From Cyanidioschyzon merolae (taxonomy: Eukaryota), in assembly GCA_000091205.1 (NCBI GenBank), contig AP006494.2: DNA of 64,000 bases, one strand, 5' to 3'. Under the pieces are notes generated by a model. That model was not told where the DNA came from. It saw nothing but the letters and a program-made list of their open reading frames with translations, and did not search any database. Positions 45,795 through 56,876 of this stretch are shown in pieces (within the stretch, counting starts at the first letter, position 1; each line of letters opens with the position of its first letter). A program made the position numbers and the translations under genes.

Positions 45795-46230
45795 CTCAGA
45801 AATATATTATGGGATGAGCTGGGGTCTACATGTCAGAAGGTTGAAATGGAGAGAAGCCAGCGGGAGCGCTCTAGTGACCGGAAAAGACGTTGAGCTGACA
45901 CAGCACCAAATGGTACTGAGGGCACGAGGCCGCAGCATCCTTGAAATGATTAGTTCAGTCAGAGACAACGCACGCCAGGAGTTCGTGAACCGAGACTTCA
46001 ACGCCGCCATCAATATCAGACGATGTGTGGTGTTGGAGACGGGACTCGAGGAGCTGAGAAGATCCAAATTTGTGGGGCAGCCTCTTAAGTTCGAAATCTA
46101 CAGGGAGAAAATGAACCCGATCGGAGTCGGCCGGTCGAAAACGGCTGGAAGGCGTCTCTGCATCGATTCATTTATGCACGCTATGGTCGCGGGACGTGTT
46201 CTTTCCACTGAACACATAAGCATTTGCGAT
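45795..46230 (+). mobile_element. TnpB/Fanzor-like repeat copy 4. It is a 3' fragment with an intact RuvC-III-type motif 'FVNRDFNAAINIRRCVVLE' and the conserved 3' tail ('IGVGRSKTAGRRLC...'). It is embedded in a longer ORF, 45814-46680, that is otherwise unrelated.
   Basis: Homology to copies 1-3 begins near the Zn-finger-equivalent region ('SWGLHVRRLKWREAS') in a shifted frame. Nothing upstream is homologous. Confidence 0.5.
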
Positions 46231-47297
46231 CTTTCCGTAGCAACGGAAAACCATCCGAGAAAATGTTTATATATCGCATCGTTTAGTAACGATCAAGCCC
46301 GACGCTCACTCCGGACGGCTGTAGAACGCATGCCGTCCTCTGTTTCTACTGTTCTCAGCGGTGCTGTTCAGCAACGATGCAGCTGCATGGGCGACTCGTG
46401 CTCATCGCTCGCCCAGGGCGCGTCGGTTCCCAATGGATTCGCCTCAGTGAAGACCCGTCGTGAAACAATGGCACTCGGGTTAAACGCCACGAAACACACC
46501 GGGGGCTTAAGAGATGGAACTTGGCCATACGTGCATCCATCGGATTGCTGCACTTCCCAAGCGTATGGTGCATGGAAGCCTCCTGTGTCACATGGTGATC
46601 GCTTTCCTGGTTACCGACCGCGCTCGCGCACTGAGAGGCATCTGATTAGATCTACTGATTCCACAACATCAAGAGATTAGCAGGGTGCATTCAGGATCTT
46701 GCGACGGGGCGCTGTCCGGCGTCTGCCTTGCGACAAGCAGACCCGTACCTCGTGTCGCATGTCGCTGCGGACAGAACATGCCTTCGTCTCAAGGCAGGAT
46801 CGATGCGGTTCCCAGAGCCGCTCCATCGCCCACGCAATCCGCACGAGCGTGTGATTCGAGTCGACGAGTCGCTGCGGCTCATCGGGTCTTTCCTCGACGT
46901 CCAAATAAAAAATTGGCTTTAGTCTGGTGCGAATAAGGCACGTCTCGAGATGTACGCAGCTGCATCCGCAGGCCCGAGAATCACGATCGCGCATCCAAGC
47001 GATGTTGTATAGATACAGCGACTTTTTGTGCCATAATATCCATAAATGGGTCATTCCAGTCATGATGGATCAGCGCTCCTTGCGCGCTCGAGCGGACCTC
47101 GGCGCCTGACACGTTCGGGGCGGTAGGCGTTGCGCGCGACCCAGGCGACTCTGTTCATGCTGAAATAGATGTATATTTATAATCTAATATGTATATAAAG
47201 GACACATGATGCAGTGCACAAACCGGGCGCCGGCATCGCACCGTACCGTAACTGTGGATGCTAAGCTTACGCTATTACGGGGCGTCCAAGTCGGTAC

Positions 47298-50200
47298 TTG
47301 GAACCTGCACGTTGGCGTCCTACGACTGGTCACAGGAACCCGCAAATGGGCCAGCAGCAAAGTCGTACGCTGCGGAACCCGTCAGGGCACCTTCAGGATG
47401 CCAGTAGAGACGAGGAAACGGGAGCCGTTACCGACAGTCCCAAGACTAATTGTTGTCCGCGTTTGAGCCAAACGCTGGATTCCGGTGAGGCTCAAGGAGC
47501 CGAGACCTTGCGCGACGCTGCAGGACCGAGCGAAGGCTCTGGTGGAGCGACGGTGGGGAGAAGTCACCACACCACCCCGTTGCTCCGGGCTACGAGTGCT
47601 GCTGCTGCGTTGGCGACGGGGAACCCTCGCGGGGGCGCAAGCGAGCCCGGAGGCCCTGGTGAGGGTGTCCAGGGAACCATAGGGTCACCAGGGCTCACAT
47701 ATAGCCGTTTTCATTTGATGCAGATCGCAGCAGGTCGACCACTTGATGCCGTGACCATAGTGGAAACAGTCTACGGCAGAATGGTCGGGCTCGGAGCACC
47801 AGCGCCGCCCGAGCTTTCGGAAGCAAGGACTGCGTCCAGTTTAACTGTAGGTGAAGCGAACATGAACCTTTCCACTTTGCAGCCGACTTCGTATCCAAAC
47901 ACGTTCAACGCTGCGCTGCCGGCTGTGGAGCCTCCCGTACTCGTGCTCGATGAGTCGTCAGAGCCGGTCGCTGGCTTCCAGCCCTTGCACGGGAGGGTTG
48001 TTTCCAACTCGGCCACCACTGTTCATGAGTCTGTACCAGTTCAGTACGCTGAGTCAGATGCCAAGGCTGGAATAGCGCAGAGCGCGGGGGTTCAGATTGC
48101 CCGGCTACGTGCTCACGCCCGCCAGGAAGCAGCAGACGACTCGAGATCGAGCGCTTCACCAGAGTCGTCGGAAGAGGCGGGGGCACTCTCGGTTTCGCTT
48201 CCTAGCTCGCCTCAACTATCACGCATTAGTAGCTGGCGCAAATCGCAGCCGCGAGATCACCGCTTCATGAAAGACGGAGTGCGCTACTCCAGATCAATGA
48301 GGCACCAGTCATCGAGTCTGAGTCTTCGATCCCTCGGAAGGGCGGATACGATGGATGATGAAGCAGCACGGGAGCCGTCGCTTCTAGAAACCGGAACACC
48401 TAGCCAGTCACAGACTTGCTTTCAGGTCAGATCCGAGGAGGAAAGTTTCGCCGGTCCTCGGACCGTATCCGAGAAAGGTATGCGTGCGGCTCTTTCCAAT
48501 AACGCAACTGGGATGGCAACTATTTTGGAAGCGAAGACGAGCATGGATCCCAGTATCCAAGCAGAGCAAAGCGCCGCGATTTCAGCGCAGCTAGAATCTG
48601 CGCCTCCCAAAACGAGCCTAGGGTCACCGCCGCGTTCAGCGCCTTGGCGTCCAGCGGACACTGCAACGGAATCAAAAGAGCTTCGTGTTGGTGCGTCTGG
48701 TGATGGATATGCCCCCGAGGTTCACACTGCGCAAGATCACGCGCTGTTCGGGAATTATGCCGCATACGCACCTGATGCGACCTTCAGCTTCGCCACGGCA
48801 ATTCCGGTATCGGTGGCGACCTTGTATTTTGCAGACCCCGACAAGAGAGGAATTTTCTATGAAAAGAGCCTGGCATCGATTCTCCACAAGTGGCAGCGGT
48901 TCCGCGAAGAGTGCCGACGAGATTTAACGCTTCGCAGCCGAACGCGTCTACGAGCATTGAAAGCGGCCGCTCTGTTCTCAACTTCCGTCGTGAAAAGCCG
49001 TGGCATCCTCACGCTGAAGAGTGTTCGACGTTGCGTGGAACATGTCGACGTGCGCCGCATTTATCTGGGGCAAACGAACAACAGAGCACAGATCGGGCCA
49101 GAGGCGGCCACATCGCTCGATTTTGACACATGGAACGACACCGAGGGGGATCCGGACGCAGATTCTGCAAGCAGCGACAATCAGGCGAACGCCGAAGATG
49201 AAACAGCGGAGGATGATGATGAGGAGAATCCACCGCAGCAGCAACAGCAACAGCAGCAGCAGTCCAGCGAAAACGCTGCAGCGTATGCTGCTGGGCGTGT
49301 TATGCAGGATCTGCCAGGCTCAATGCAGCACGCCAGCGCATCGAGCAGCGCGGTACCTGCCGCGGATCGTGTGGGCGCCTGCGATAGTCATCAGGATGAC
49401 CAGGATACGAGAATGAGTGATGATGAAAGTGACGAGGACGAAGACTTTGACGAGAGCGATGATGAACGTAGCTCCTTCGAGGATTCGGACTCGACCTCGA
49501 ACGACTCGAGCGTTGTGCTACGGCGGACGCCCGCGAATCACGCCTCTCATGGTGTAGCAGCTCGTGATCAGCGCTCTGCGCCAGCTTCTGAGGCACCCAT
49601 CGCCCAAGCAGCGGACTCAGCGTCCGCCCCGAACAACCTGCTCGCCGAACGGACACCGCAAGCGAGCAGCAGCGAAGCGTACCGACAGATGCAGACGAGC
49701 GCGAGCGCCCAAACGAGCACCACGTCTGCCACGACGACAGCGTCGTCGACCACTGCTAGAGCGCAACGGTCCTCTGCAACCGGACGCTCGCGGGAATTAG
49801 CCCAAAGCGATTGGATACAGGCTCAAGTCAAAGAGGTCGAGCGACTCGAGCGCCGCGCAAACCGCTGGCAACTCTACACCATCCACAAGCTGCTGCCCTG
49901 GGGCGAAGATCGAATCTGTGACAAATTTGATCAATTCGATCTAGGGGCCATCCGCCGCACGCGCTCGTGGCCAACGATGGACCCGCACGACGCCTCCGCA
50001 CACGTGGATCATACGGCGTTGATGGCGGGAACCTTCATTGAACGTCAAACAGCAGCTGGATTTGAGCATTTCGACCTGACCGAGGCGGCGATCAGTCTCG
50101 AAGCAGCTGCGCGCATGCTTCGCCACGACATTGTGAAACTCGCAGAGATCATGGAGGACAACGACGAAGAGCGCAAGAACTTTAGCGTATGGCTCTTGCG

Positions 50201-52496
50201 CTTGGCGACTGGTGGTCGGATTCGGAATGAGCTCCAGACGCCTGAGACGCTTCAGGGGCTGCGATGTGCGAATCCCTCGGTATCGAGTGCGGAGCAGTGT
50301 ACGCTTCACACGCACACACAGAATGGGCGTGCGCCTACCTCGACGCCTATGGCTAGCGCTAGCCTTGTGGGTGCGAGCACGCGGCAGCTTATGCCCGCTG
50401 CCGTGCCCCCAGGTGCATGTCTCGACGAGCGTAGCACGATGCGTTCCGCAGAAGATGAAATCCAGAGCGGCAACATCGTGGACATGCACGGCATAGCGGC
50501 GGTTTTGCGAATGCTCTGGGAGGACTGCATCGACGTCTTCGAGGCAGATTTCGCGAACCGGCGCCACGATGATCTCGCTTTCCCGAACGATGAAACTACG
50601 GAAGCGTTTCGACGCCTCTTGGATAACATTGTGGACTCGTTCTCGCCGGCAGCGAGCCTGTCGGTATCGCATCGGGATAGTCGCCACTTTTTGACGACGG
50701 AGGAATTCATGAGCCTCGCTGATCTCCTAACCCGTATGTATGTTCGCCAAAAGAATCGAATGGAATGCGTTGGACGCTACGAGATTGGTCGGCTACTAGG
50801 ACGAGGCTCCGAGGGGCGCGTTCACGTCGCTCGTGATATCTACACCGGGCGCCGGTACGCCATCAAAATGATCCGTCGAGGCAAGTTTGTGGAGTTTGCG
50901 CGTATCGATCGTGAGGTGCAAGCAATGCAGGTCGTTGCCCGCCATCCCAACGTGATCCATCTGCACGAGGTACTCGAATCCCGCCGCAACGTCTACCTCG
51001 TCATGGAGCTGTGCGGAGGTGGCAGCGTGTACGAGTTCGCTTACGCCCGCCTGTGTCGTACGTCGGAGCAGCTGGATCGCAACAAACCAGAACCGCTACT
51101 AGATGAGGCGGAAGTGCGCTTCCTCGTGCGTCGACTTGTTGAAACGGTGGCATTCTGTCATGCACATGGGGTCAGTCATCGGGATCTGCGGTTGAACAAC
51201 CTCATGCTCCTGGATAGTGGTGAATTGAAAATTGCTGATTTCGGACAAGTTGGACTGTTCAGTGCCGGTTGGGATATGTTCGAGACGAACCTAGTTGGCT
51301 CGCTTTATAACCTCGCCCCAGAACTGGTACAAGGACAAGTCTATCAGAGCACCAAGGTCGACGTCTGGTCCTGTGGTGTGATCCTCTACTGGTTACTCGA
51401 GGGTCATCCGCCGTTCCCCGAGGAGGATCTCAACCGACTCATTCCGGCGATTGTGCAGTGTCGATATGCGCCGATGCGCCTGGCGTCGCCCTTGGCCCAG
51501 GACCTTATTCGCAGGATTCTGGTACCGCCAGCTGAGCGTCCTGAAGCGGCAGCGCTGCTCGCGCATCCCTTTTTCACTGGTGTCGAAGCCGACTCGCCGG
51601 CCGCTGCGGACACAACGCCCAAGCCAACGACAGCGTCTGCTGCTGCTGCTGGGGGAATGTCTGCCGCGGCTCCAGACGGTACTGTCGCCGGTACAAGTAC
51701 TGCAAATGCGGCGAATGCGCTAGGCTATTCCAGAGTCCGTGGGAGCGATCCAGCATGGGAGCGGCCTCTCCAGATGGATGTCCGCGATTTCGCCCTCTGT
51801 GACGCCTCCATTCTCCAAAGCATCGAAGCGGACGGGGGTTCGCTGGCCCTACAGACCATGTCCAGTGTGCTGAGCGATGGCGACATCCATTTTCATCCGG
51901 GTCTCTGTGTAGAACTGCATCGCCGGTATCGGTGGACGCTGCGCTGTTACTGGCCCGAACATGACATCAAGTTCAGTGTTGCACTGGTAGCGGGGCCACC
52001 ACGTGACGATGATGGCTACCTCTGTTGCTGTGGCGGCGAGTTCCAGTATCATCGACGTGCGTTTGCGAGTCGCGCACAACGACCACCGCTGGTTTATACG
52101 CTCTCTTTTCGCCGGCGCGGTGGCGGTAGCCTCCTCTTTATGCGTGCAGTTTGCAAAATCGCGGATCGTTTCTATCAGCGATACCGACGTTTGCTGCAGA
52201 CACCAAACCGCTGGAAGCTTGACACCTCGGACCAGAAAACGCTACCAGTTGGCGTGGAGGTATCGCCGGAGACCAACGAGGCACCTGCTGGTGCTGCAGT
52301 CGGTATTGCCGGTGGACGGGGCTCGCTCGAGTCCCGCTTGAATCCGTCGCGCTTCTCGCGTCCAGTTCGACGACTTTTGTATCGTTTGCATCTGTCGAGT
52401 GCCGCGAGTCGACGTGGTACCCCGAGTCAAGCGCAGTCGCCGACGACGAATAGTGGAGCGCAGCGTATTCCCTCAGAAAACGACGATGCTGTCTAA
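47298..52496 (+). CDS. Serine/threonine protein kinase, 1,732 aa in a single exon. A low-complexity N-terminal region of about 1,150 aa carries polyQ and acidic tracts; the C-terminal CAMK-like catalytic domain is near 50760-51570 and is followed by a C-terminal region of about 300 aa.
   Basis: G-loop 'GRGSEGRV', 'YAIKMI', catalytic loop 'HRDLRLNN', 'IADFGQ', 'APELV', 'DVWSCGVILY'. Confidence 0.8.
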   Translation: MEPARWRPTTGHRNPQMGQQQSRTLRNPSGHLQDASRDEETGAVTDSPKTNCCPRLSQTLDSGEAQGAETLRDAAGPSEGSGGATVGRSHHTTPLLRATSAAAALATGNPRGGASEPGGPGEGVQGTIGSPGLTYSRFHLMQIAAGRPLDAVTIVETVYGRMVGLGAPAPPELSEARTASSLTVGEANMNLSTLQPTSYPNTFNAALPAVEPPVLVLDESSEPVAGFQPLHGRVVSNSATTVHESVPVQYAESDAKAGIAQSAGVQIARLRAHARQEAADDSRSSASPESSEEAGALSVSLPSSPQLSRISSWRKSQPRDHRFMKDGVRYSRSMRHQSSSLSLRSLGRADTMDDEAAREPSLLETGTPSQSQTCFQVRSEEESFAGPRTVSEKGMRAALSNNATGMATILEAKTSMDPSIQAEQSAAISAQLESAPPKTSLGSPPRSAPWRPADTATESKELRVGASGDGYAPEVHTAQDHALFGNYAAYAPDATFSFATAIPVSVATLYFADPDKRGIFYEKSLASILHKWQRFREECRRDLTLRSRTRLRALKAAALFSTSVVKSRGILTLKSVRRCVEHVDVRRIYLGQTNNRAQIGPEAATSLDFDTWNDTEGDPDADSASSDNQANAEDETAEDDDEENPPQQQQQQQQQSSENAAAYAAGRVMQDLPGSMQHASASSSAVPAADRVGACDSHQDDQDTRMSDDESDEDEDFDESDDERSSFEDSDSTSNDSSVVLRRTPANHASHGVAARDQRSAPASEAPIAQAADSASAPNNLLAERTPQASSSEAYRQMQTSASAQTSTTSATTTASSTTARAQRSSATGRSRELAQSDWIQAQVKEVERLERRANRWQLYTIHKLLPWGEDRICDKFDQFDLGAIRRTRSWPTMDPHDASAHVDHTALMAGTFIERQTAAGFEHFDLTEAAISLEAAARMLRHDIVKLAEIMEDNDEERKNFSVWLLRLATGGRIRNELQTPETLQGLRCANPSVSSAEQCTLHTHTQNGRAPTSTPMASASLVGASTRQLMPAAVPPGACLDERSTMRSAEDEIQSGNIVDMHGIAAVLRMLWEDCIDVFEADFANRRHDDLAFPNDETTEAFRRLLDNIVDSFSPAASLSVSHRDSRHFLTTEEFMSLADLLTRMYVRQKNRMECVGRYEIGRLLGRGSEGRVHVARDIYTGRRYAIKMIRRGKFVEFARIDREVQAMQVVARHPNVIHLHEVLESRRNVYLVMELCGGGSVYEFAYARLCRTSEQLDRNKPEPLLDEAEVRFLVRRLVETVAFCHAHGVSHRDLRLNNLMLLDSGELKIADFGQVGLFSAGWDMFETNLVGSLYNLAPELVQGQVYQSTKVDVWSCGVILYWLLEGHPPFPEEDLNRLIPAIVQCRYAPMRLASPLAQDLIRRILVPPAERPEAAALLAHPFFTGVEADSPAAADTTPKPTTASAAAAGGMSAAAPDGTVAGTSTANAANALGYSRVRGSDPAWERPLQMDVRDFALCDASILQSIEADGGSLALQTMSSVLSDGDIHFHPGLCVELHRRYRWTLRCYWPEHDIKFSVALVAGPPRDDDGYLCCCGGEFQYHRRAFASRAQRPPLVYTLSFRRRGGGSLLFMRAVCKIADRFYQRYRRLLQTPNRWKLDTSDQKTLPVGVEVSPETNEAPAGAAVGIAGGRGSLESRLNPSRFSRPVRRLLYRLHLSSAASRRGTPSQAQSPTTNSGAQRIPSENDDAV

Positions 52497-52692
52497 AAGG
52501 CAGGCGAGAGGAAACGAAATTATGTCGTGGCGATGCGTTTTCATTGGTATGGAGCGTGGTACTGCAAGTACCTTTACCTGGATCGAGGGCGCGCAAACCA
52601 CGCACGCCATGAACGGAGCAGGCATCCGCGATACCCTGTACAAACAGTGGGAAACCTCAGCACATCCTTGATCGTTTGTGTGAGTGCGTGTG

Positions 52693-52726
52693 ATTCATTC
52701 GTTCGTTCGTTCGTTCATTCATTCAT
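52693..52726. repeat. (TCGT/TCAT)n microsatellite between the kinase and SMC3 3' ends
   Basis: Direct reading. Confidence 0.9.
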
Positions 52727-55700
52727 AACTGGCCTGGAGAAGCGATGTGCGTTCGCCGCCTGCAACTGGTTGCATATCTGGTGCGGTACCCGATTCCGTA
52801 TCCCCGGTAGGTGCGAGTATCGCAACTTGCTCGTTCGTGGCGTCGATGGGCAACGACGCTGGTCCAGTGACGAAAGCTAAAGCCTCCGCCACGGAGACGG
52901 GCTCAACACACGATACACGTCCACGAATCGTAACGCCGTAGCAGCGATCCGCAACACGAACGAGTTCCGGGCGAAATGTGGTGAGAATCAACTGTGGACG
53001 CGAGACGGATGAACGTGCTGCAGACGCTTCGGTTCCATGACCAGCATCAGGGCCTGGTTGTCGTTGCTGCAAAAGCGCTGCGATGCGTTCGCGCGAGGCA
53101 GCGTCGAGACTGGCGTCTATTTCATCGAAGAGATAAAAAGGGGCAGGGTCCAGACGTTGAATGGCCAGGATCAAAGCCAGGGCTACCAGGGTTTTCTGGC
53201 CACCGCTCAGCGCCGCCATCAAGCTGAAGTGATCCTCCGATGGAAAGCGCACACGAATAGCGACCCCGGCAAAGTCCACGTTCGTGTCGGTGGTATCGGA
53301 CGCAGTCGGATGCGGACCTCGTTGCATGACGAGCTGGGCCGTACCACCGGGGACCAGCTCAGCGAATACAGCAGAGAAGAGTCTGGCGATTCCTTTGAAA
53401 GTGCGTTGCAAGTCGTTGGCTCGTCGATGGTCCAGGGTATGGATGAGCGTTCGGATCGAGTCGTCGCCACGATCGAGTTCCTCAAGGCGGGTGCGCAGCT
53501 CCTCGCGTTGGTTCGCAAACACCAGATATTGTTCGAGCGCTTTCTGGTTAACCTGGCCCAACTGGCTGAGGCGGGTATTTGTCGCCTCCAGACGTTGCAT
53601 GAGCGTTGTCAGCGGCACATGGGCGAGCTCGTGATGTTGGGCGGGAGCAGGTCCGAGTTCCCGCAGTTTGCGCTCGGTCTCCGCTTTGCGTTGCTGGAGA
53701 TGCGTATGACGTGCGACGTGGATTTGTAGGCGCTGGCTTTCGGTGGCGAGGGCCTCCTTGGCTACGGGAAGTTGTGCCTCCAGTGAGTCACGCTTTCGAG
53801 CGAGGGCGTCAAGTTCGGTGGCTGTGCGCTGAAGCGCCTCAGCGATGCGATCCTGCGAGACTCGCTGGGCCTGGAGCACGCTGCCAAGCGTCTCGAGCTC
53901 TCTACGCAAGCTCGTCTGACGTGTTTGTAGCTCCGCTATAGACGGAGGCGCTTCATCCGGATCGCTCTGCAACGCGACTGGCACAGAGATGCCGGACGCT
54001 GAATCGAAGAGCTCCGGTGCATCCTCGAAAGTCTCGCGAAGAAAACGTTTCTCCAGCTCCCGCAACTGACGCTCGATGCACGTTTCCAACTCGCTTTCAA
54101 TCTCGACGAGACGCTGCTCGAGGGTAGCACGTGCTGCAGCGACTGATTCTAGCTCTTTTTCGAGTGCAGCAAGCCGGGCAACGAAGGCATCTGCAGAAAT
54201 CGCTGTCTGCGGTGTAGGTGATGACGATGAGGATGAGAGTGCTGCGGTCCGTTCCGAAAACTCATCGCGCAAGCTGCTGAGCACCAGTTCATATTCGTGA
54301 ACATGTCGCTGCAGGGTTTGCATGCGCTGCCGTTCAGTCTCGAGCGCAGCCTCAATGGAGAGCTTCTCACGATCCAGTTGGGTGAGCGCACGTTGATGGT
54401 CGCGCAACTGATTGAATAGGTTGCGCTTTTCAGCTTCGGATTTCTGGAGTTCGTTCATCGTCCGCTGAATCTGCGATTCCAGTGCGGCAAGTTGTGCTCG
54501 GATTTGCTCACGCTCGGACTCAATCTGTTGAATTTGGATGCGGATCTTGTCGTAACGCAGCAGCGAGGCAAGTCGAGACTGGCGCCGATCCGTGTATCCA
54601 CCGTGCATTGCCCCGCGTTTGTTCACAAGGTCGCCCTCTAGGGTCACGCAAGGCACATTGTACCCGCGAGCCAGTTTCGATGCGATTAATATGGAGCGAG
54701 CAATGAGCGTTCCAGCCACCACGCGCTCAAATACAGGGCTGAAGCGCTCATCGCGTAGGCGCAGCCGCGAAACCAACGGAACAGCCTCTTCGGTGGGTGG
54801 CGGGCTCATAGAGTTGCGCTTCGCGGCGTCTGATGCATCGTCTCGTACCCGGTTCAGAGGAATGAAGGTTAACCGGCCTGCATTGGCTTCGCGTAGCCTT
54901 TGAATGAGATATGCCGCGGTTTCATCGGTATCTACAACGATGTAGCAGAGCGCCGACCCCATTGCAGCCTCGACGGCGACGTAAAACTTTTCATCCGTCT
55001 CGAAGAGCGTATAGAGTGGGCCGTAGATCGTACCGCTGTACTGCAGGTTGCAGATATACTGATACGCGTTGAGAAACTTGCTTCCGACCGACATGCGTTT
55101 GCGGCGCTCGCTCTCCGTGAGTTCGGATAGCAACGTAGCACGCGAGCTCTCGAGTTCTGCTTCTCGACGCCATAGTTCCTGACGTGCTCGATGCGCTTCG
55201 TTGCGCTCACGTTTTAACTCGGCTAGACGCGCATTCAACGCGTTCAACTGTTCACGATCCGAGGCAAATTGGGTTTCATTAGTTTTGCGACGCTCGGCTA
55301 TACTCGATAGCTCAAATTCAAGACGATGAATTTCTCGTTCCGTTTCCTGCAACTGGGATCGCGTTTCATGTCGCAGCTCTTCGTTCCGTGCAATCTCGTT
55401 ATGGAACCATGCGTTACATTCATCGACTGTTCTAAATTGGACGTCTCGTGTTTCTCGTGCCTGGAGCTGCACAAGCTCCTGTTGCGTCATAGCCATCGCG
55501 GTCCGCAGATGCTGTTCCTGTTCTCGAAGACGTTCATACTCTGGAAGAATGCGATCACGTTCAGCGCGGCGCTGCTGTGCTGCTTGCCGCAGTGTCTGGA
55601 TTTTTTGCTCCACTCGATCCAGCTCGATCGTCTCATTTTCTAGCTGCTGCGTTACGAGCGCCAATTCAGTTTCCAGCGCACTGCGCTGCTCTGCCGCTTT

Positions 55701-56588
55701 GACTAACTCCAGCTTCACCGAGCTTTGGTCCACCTCGAGACGCGCTCGTTCCCTTTCTATCTCGGCTATACGCTGCTCAATTTCCTCAAGCTCTACCTCA
55801 AGACGCCGGCACTCCTGATGCATCTTACCGAGTTGAACGCCTTCATGCTGTCGCTCATGCTCCAAAGACTCCAGCTGGGTTTTCAGTTCGGTGAGCTCGC
55901 GCTCGTATATAGCTCTCTCCAGCGAGCGCCTTTCGCGGTCAACTTGCTGATAAGCAACCAATTGCTCCTTCTCATTTTCAAGTTCCTGCAGCCGTTTCTC
56001 AATATACTCCAGAATCTCGCGGATCTTTGCTCGCTTTCCGATGCTCTCTTCAAGGATGCGGAGGGATTCGGCACGCTTCTCCTCATAGGTGCGTGTGCCA
56101 GCGATTTCCTTCAGGAGCTCAAGTCGCTGATCGTCCTTCATCGTACAGAGAGCAGCGACCTTTCCCTGTTGCACGATATAGTACGGATTTGAACGAGAGA
56201 ATCCGGCACTCTCAAAGAGAGCCGTAACCTCAGCTCGGGAGACACTCCGACGATCAAGCAGATACTCGTCTTTTTGCAACCCAAACATTCGCCTGAGCAC
56301 AACCCGGGAACGTTCGATTGGCAGACGCCCGTCACTGTTATCGAAAGTGACTTCTATGAACGCAGATAGCACACGCCCAGATGGGCCTTCATGTAGAAGA
56401 GCAGACCGCTGCTCGGCGTTGAGACCGGGTCCCGCGTCCCCAAGTAGCAGACGCACGGCTTCGAGCAGGTTCGATTTTCCTGAACCATTGCGCCCGACAA
56501 CGACGTTTAACCCTTCGTGAAACGGACCGATAAACGTTTCGTCCTTATATGACTTCCATCCACAGATTCGGATCGAGTGGATGTGCAT
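52719..56588 (-). CDS. SMC3: SMC3 (cohesin ATPase subunit). The true start is probably Met 56588; the ORF is open to 56747.
   Basis: N-terminal Walker A 'NVVVGRNGSGKSN', hinge 'YGPLYTLFETDEKFYVAVEAAMGSAL...FIPLN', and C-terminal signature 'LSGGQKTLVALALILAIQRLDPAPFYLFDEIDASLDA', which is closer to SMC3 than SMC1. The centre is a long coiled coil. Confidence 0.9.
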   Translation of the reverse strand: MHIHSIRICGWKSYKDETFIGPFHEGLNVVVGRNGSGKSNLLEAVRLLLGDAGPGLNAEQRSALLHEGPSGRVLSAFIEVTFDNSDGRLPIERSRVVLRRMFGLQKDEYLLDRRSVSRAEVTALFESAGFSRSNPYYIVQQGKVAALCTMKDDQRLELLKEIAGTRTYEEKRAESLRILEESIGKRAKIREILEYIEKRLQELENEKEQLVAYQQVDRERRSLERAIYERELTELKTQLESLEHERQHEGVQLGKMHQECRRLEVELEEIEQRIAEIERERARLEVDQSSVKLELVKAAEQRSALETELALVTQQLENETIELDRVEQKIQTLRQAAQQRRAERDRILPEYERLREQEQHLRTAMAMTQQELVQLQARETRDVQFRTVDECNAWFHNEIARNEELRHETRSQLQETEREIHRLEFELSSIAERRKTNETQFASDREQLNALNARLAELKRERNEAHRARQELWRREAELESSRATLLSELTESERRKRMSVGSKFLNAYQYICNLQYSGTIYGPLYTLFETDEKFYVAVEAAMGSALCYIVVDTDETAAYLIQRLREANAGRLTFIPLNRVRDDASDAAKRNSMSPPPTEEAVPLVSRLRLRDERFSPVFERVVAGTLIARSILIASKLARGYNVPCVTLEGDLVNKRGAMHGGYTDRRQSRLASLLRYDKIRIQIQQIESEREQIRAQLAALESQIQRTMNELQKSEAEKRNLFNQLRDHQRALTQLDREKLSIEAALETERQRMQTLQRHVHEYELVLSSLRDEFSERTAALSSSSSSPTPQTAISADAFVARLAALEKELESVAAARATLEQRLVEIESELETCIERQLRELEKRFLRETFEDAPELFDSASGISVPVALQSDPDEAPPSIAELQTRQTSLRRELETLGSVLQAQRVSQDRIAEALQRTATELDALARKRDSLEAQLPVAKEALATESQRLQIHVARHTHLQQRKAETERKLRELGPAPAQHHELAHVPLTTLMQRLEATNTRLSQLGQVNQKALEQYLVFANQREELRTRLEELDRGDDSIRTLIHTLDHRRANDLQRTFKGIARLFSAVFAELVPGGTAQLVMQRGPHPTASDTTDTNVDFAGVAIRVRFPSEDHFSLMAALSGGQKTLVALALILAIQRLDPAPFYLFDEIDASLDAASRERIAALLQQRQPGPDAGHGTEASAARSSVSRPQLILTTFRPELVRVADRCYGVTIRGRVSCVEPVSVAEALAFVTGPASLPIDATNEQVAILAPTGDTESGTAPDMQPVAGGERTSLLQASYE

Positions 56589-56876
56589 GAGCCTTGTCCT
56601 CTGCCGGGCAGTTGTGAAAGGGCCCGCGATAGCGCCTCTGGAACTAACGAGGACTCGGTGCAGGGCACACCCGAGTGCTCCGCGCCAATATCGTACCCGC
56701 GCGCGCGAATGGCGCCGCGCATTTCGATTCGCCATGGAGGTCGACATGGACGCCCGTTATCAAGTTGGTACAATTGTATAAAATATGGAATATATGGATT
56801 AGGTACTTTTCAGAATGGAAATGGACGGTGCTCTGACCGTACTAGGTTGCACGCACTCGGGGTTTATGTATCTTGA

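Noticed and set aside
45814-46680. Treating the 288-aa ORF at 45814-46680 as an intact protein
   Set aside because: Only its first roughly 95 aa are homologous (to the TnpB-like C-terminus and 3' tail, in a shifted frame). The remainder is motif-less read-through. It is better explained as a repeat fragment fused to a chance open frame.
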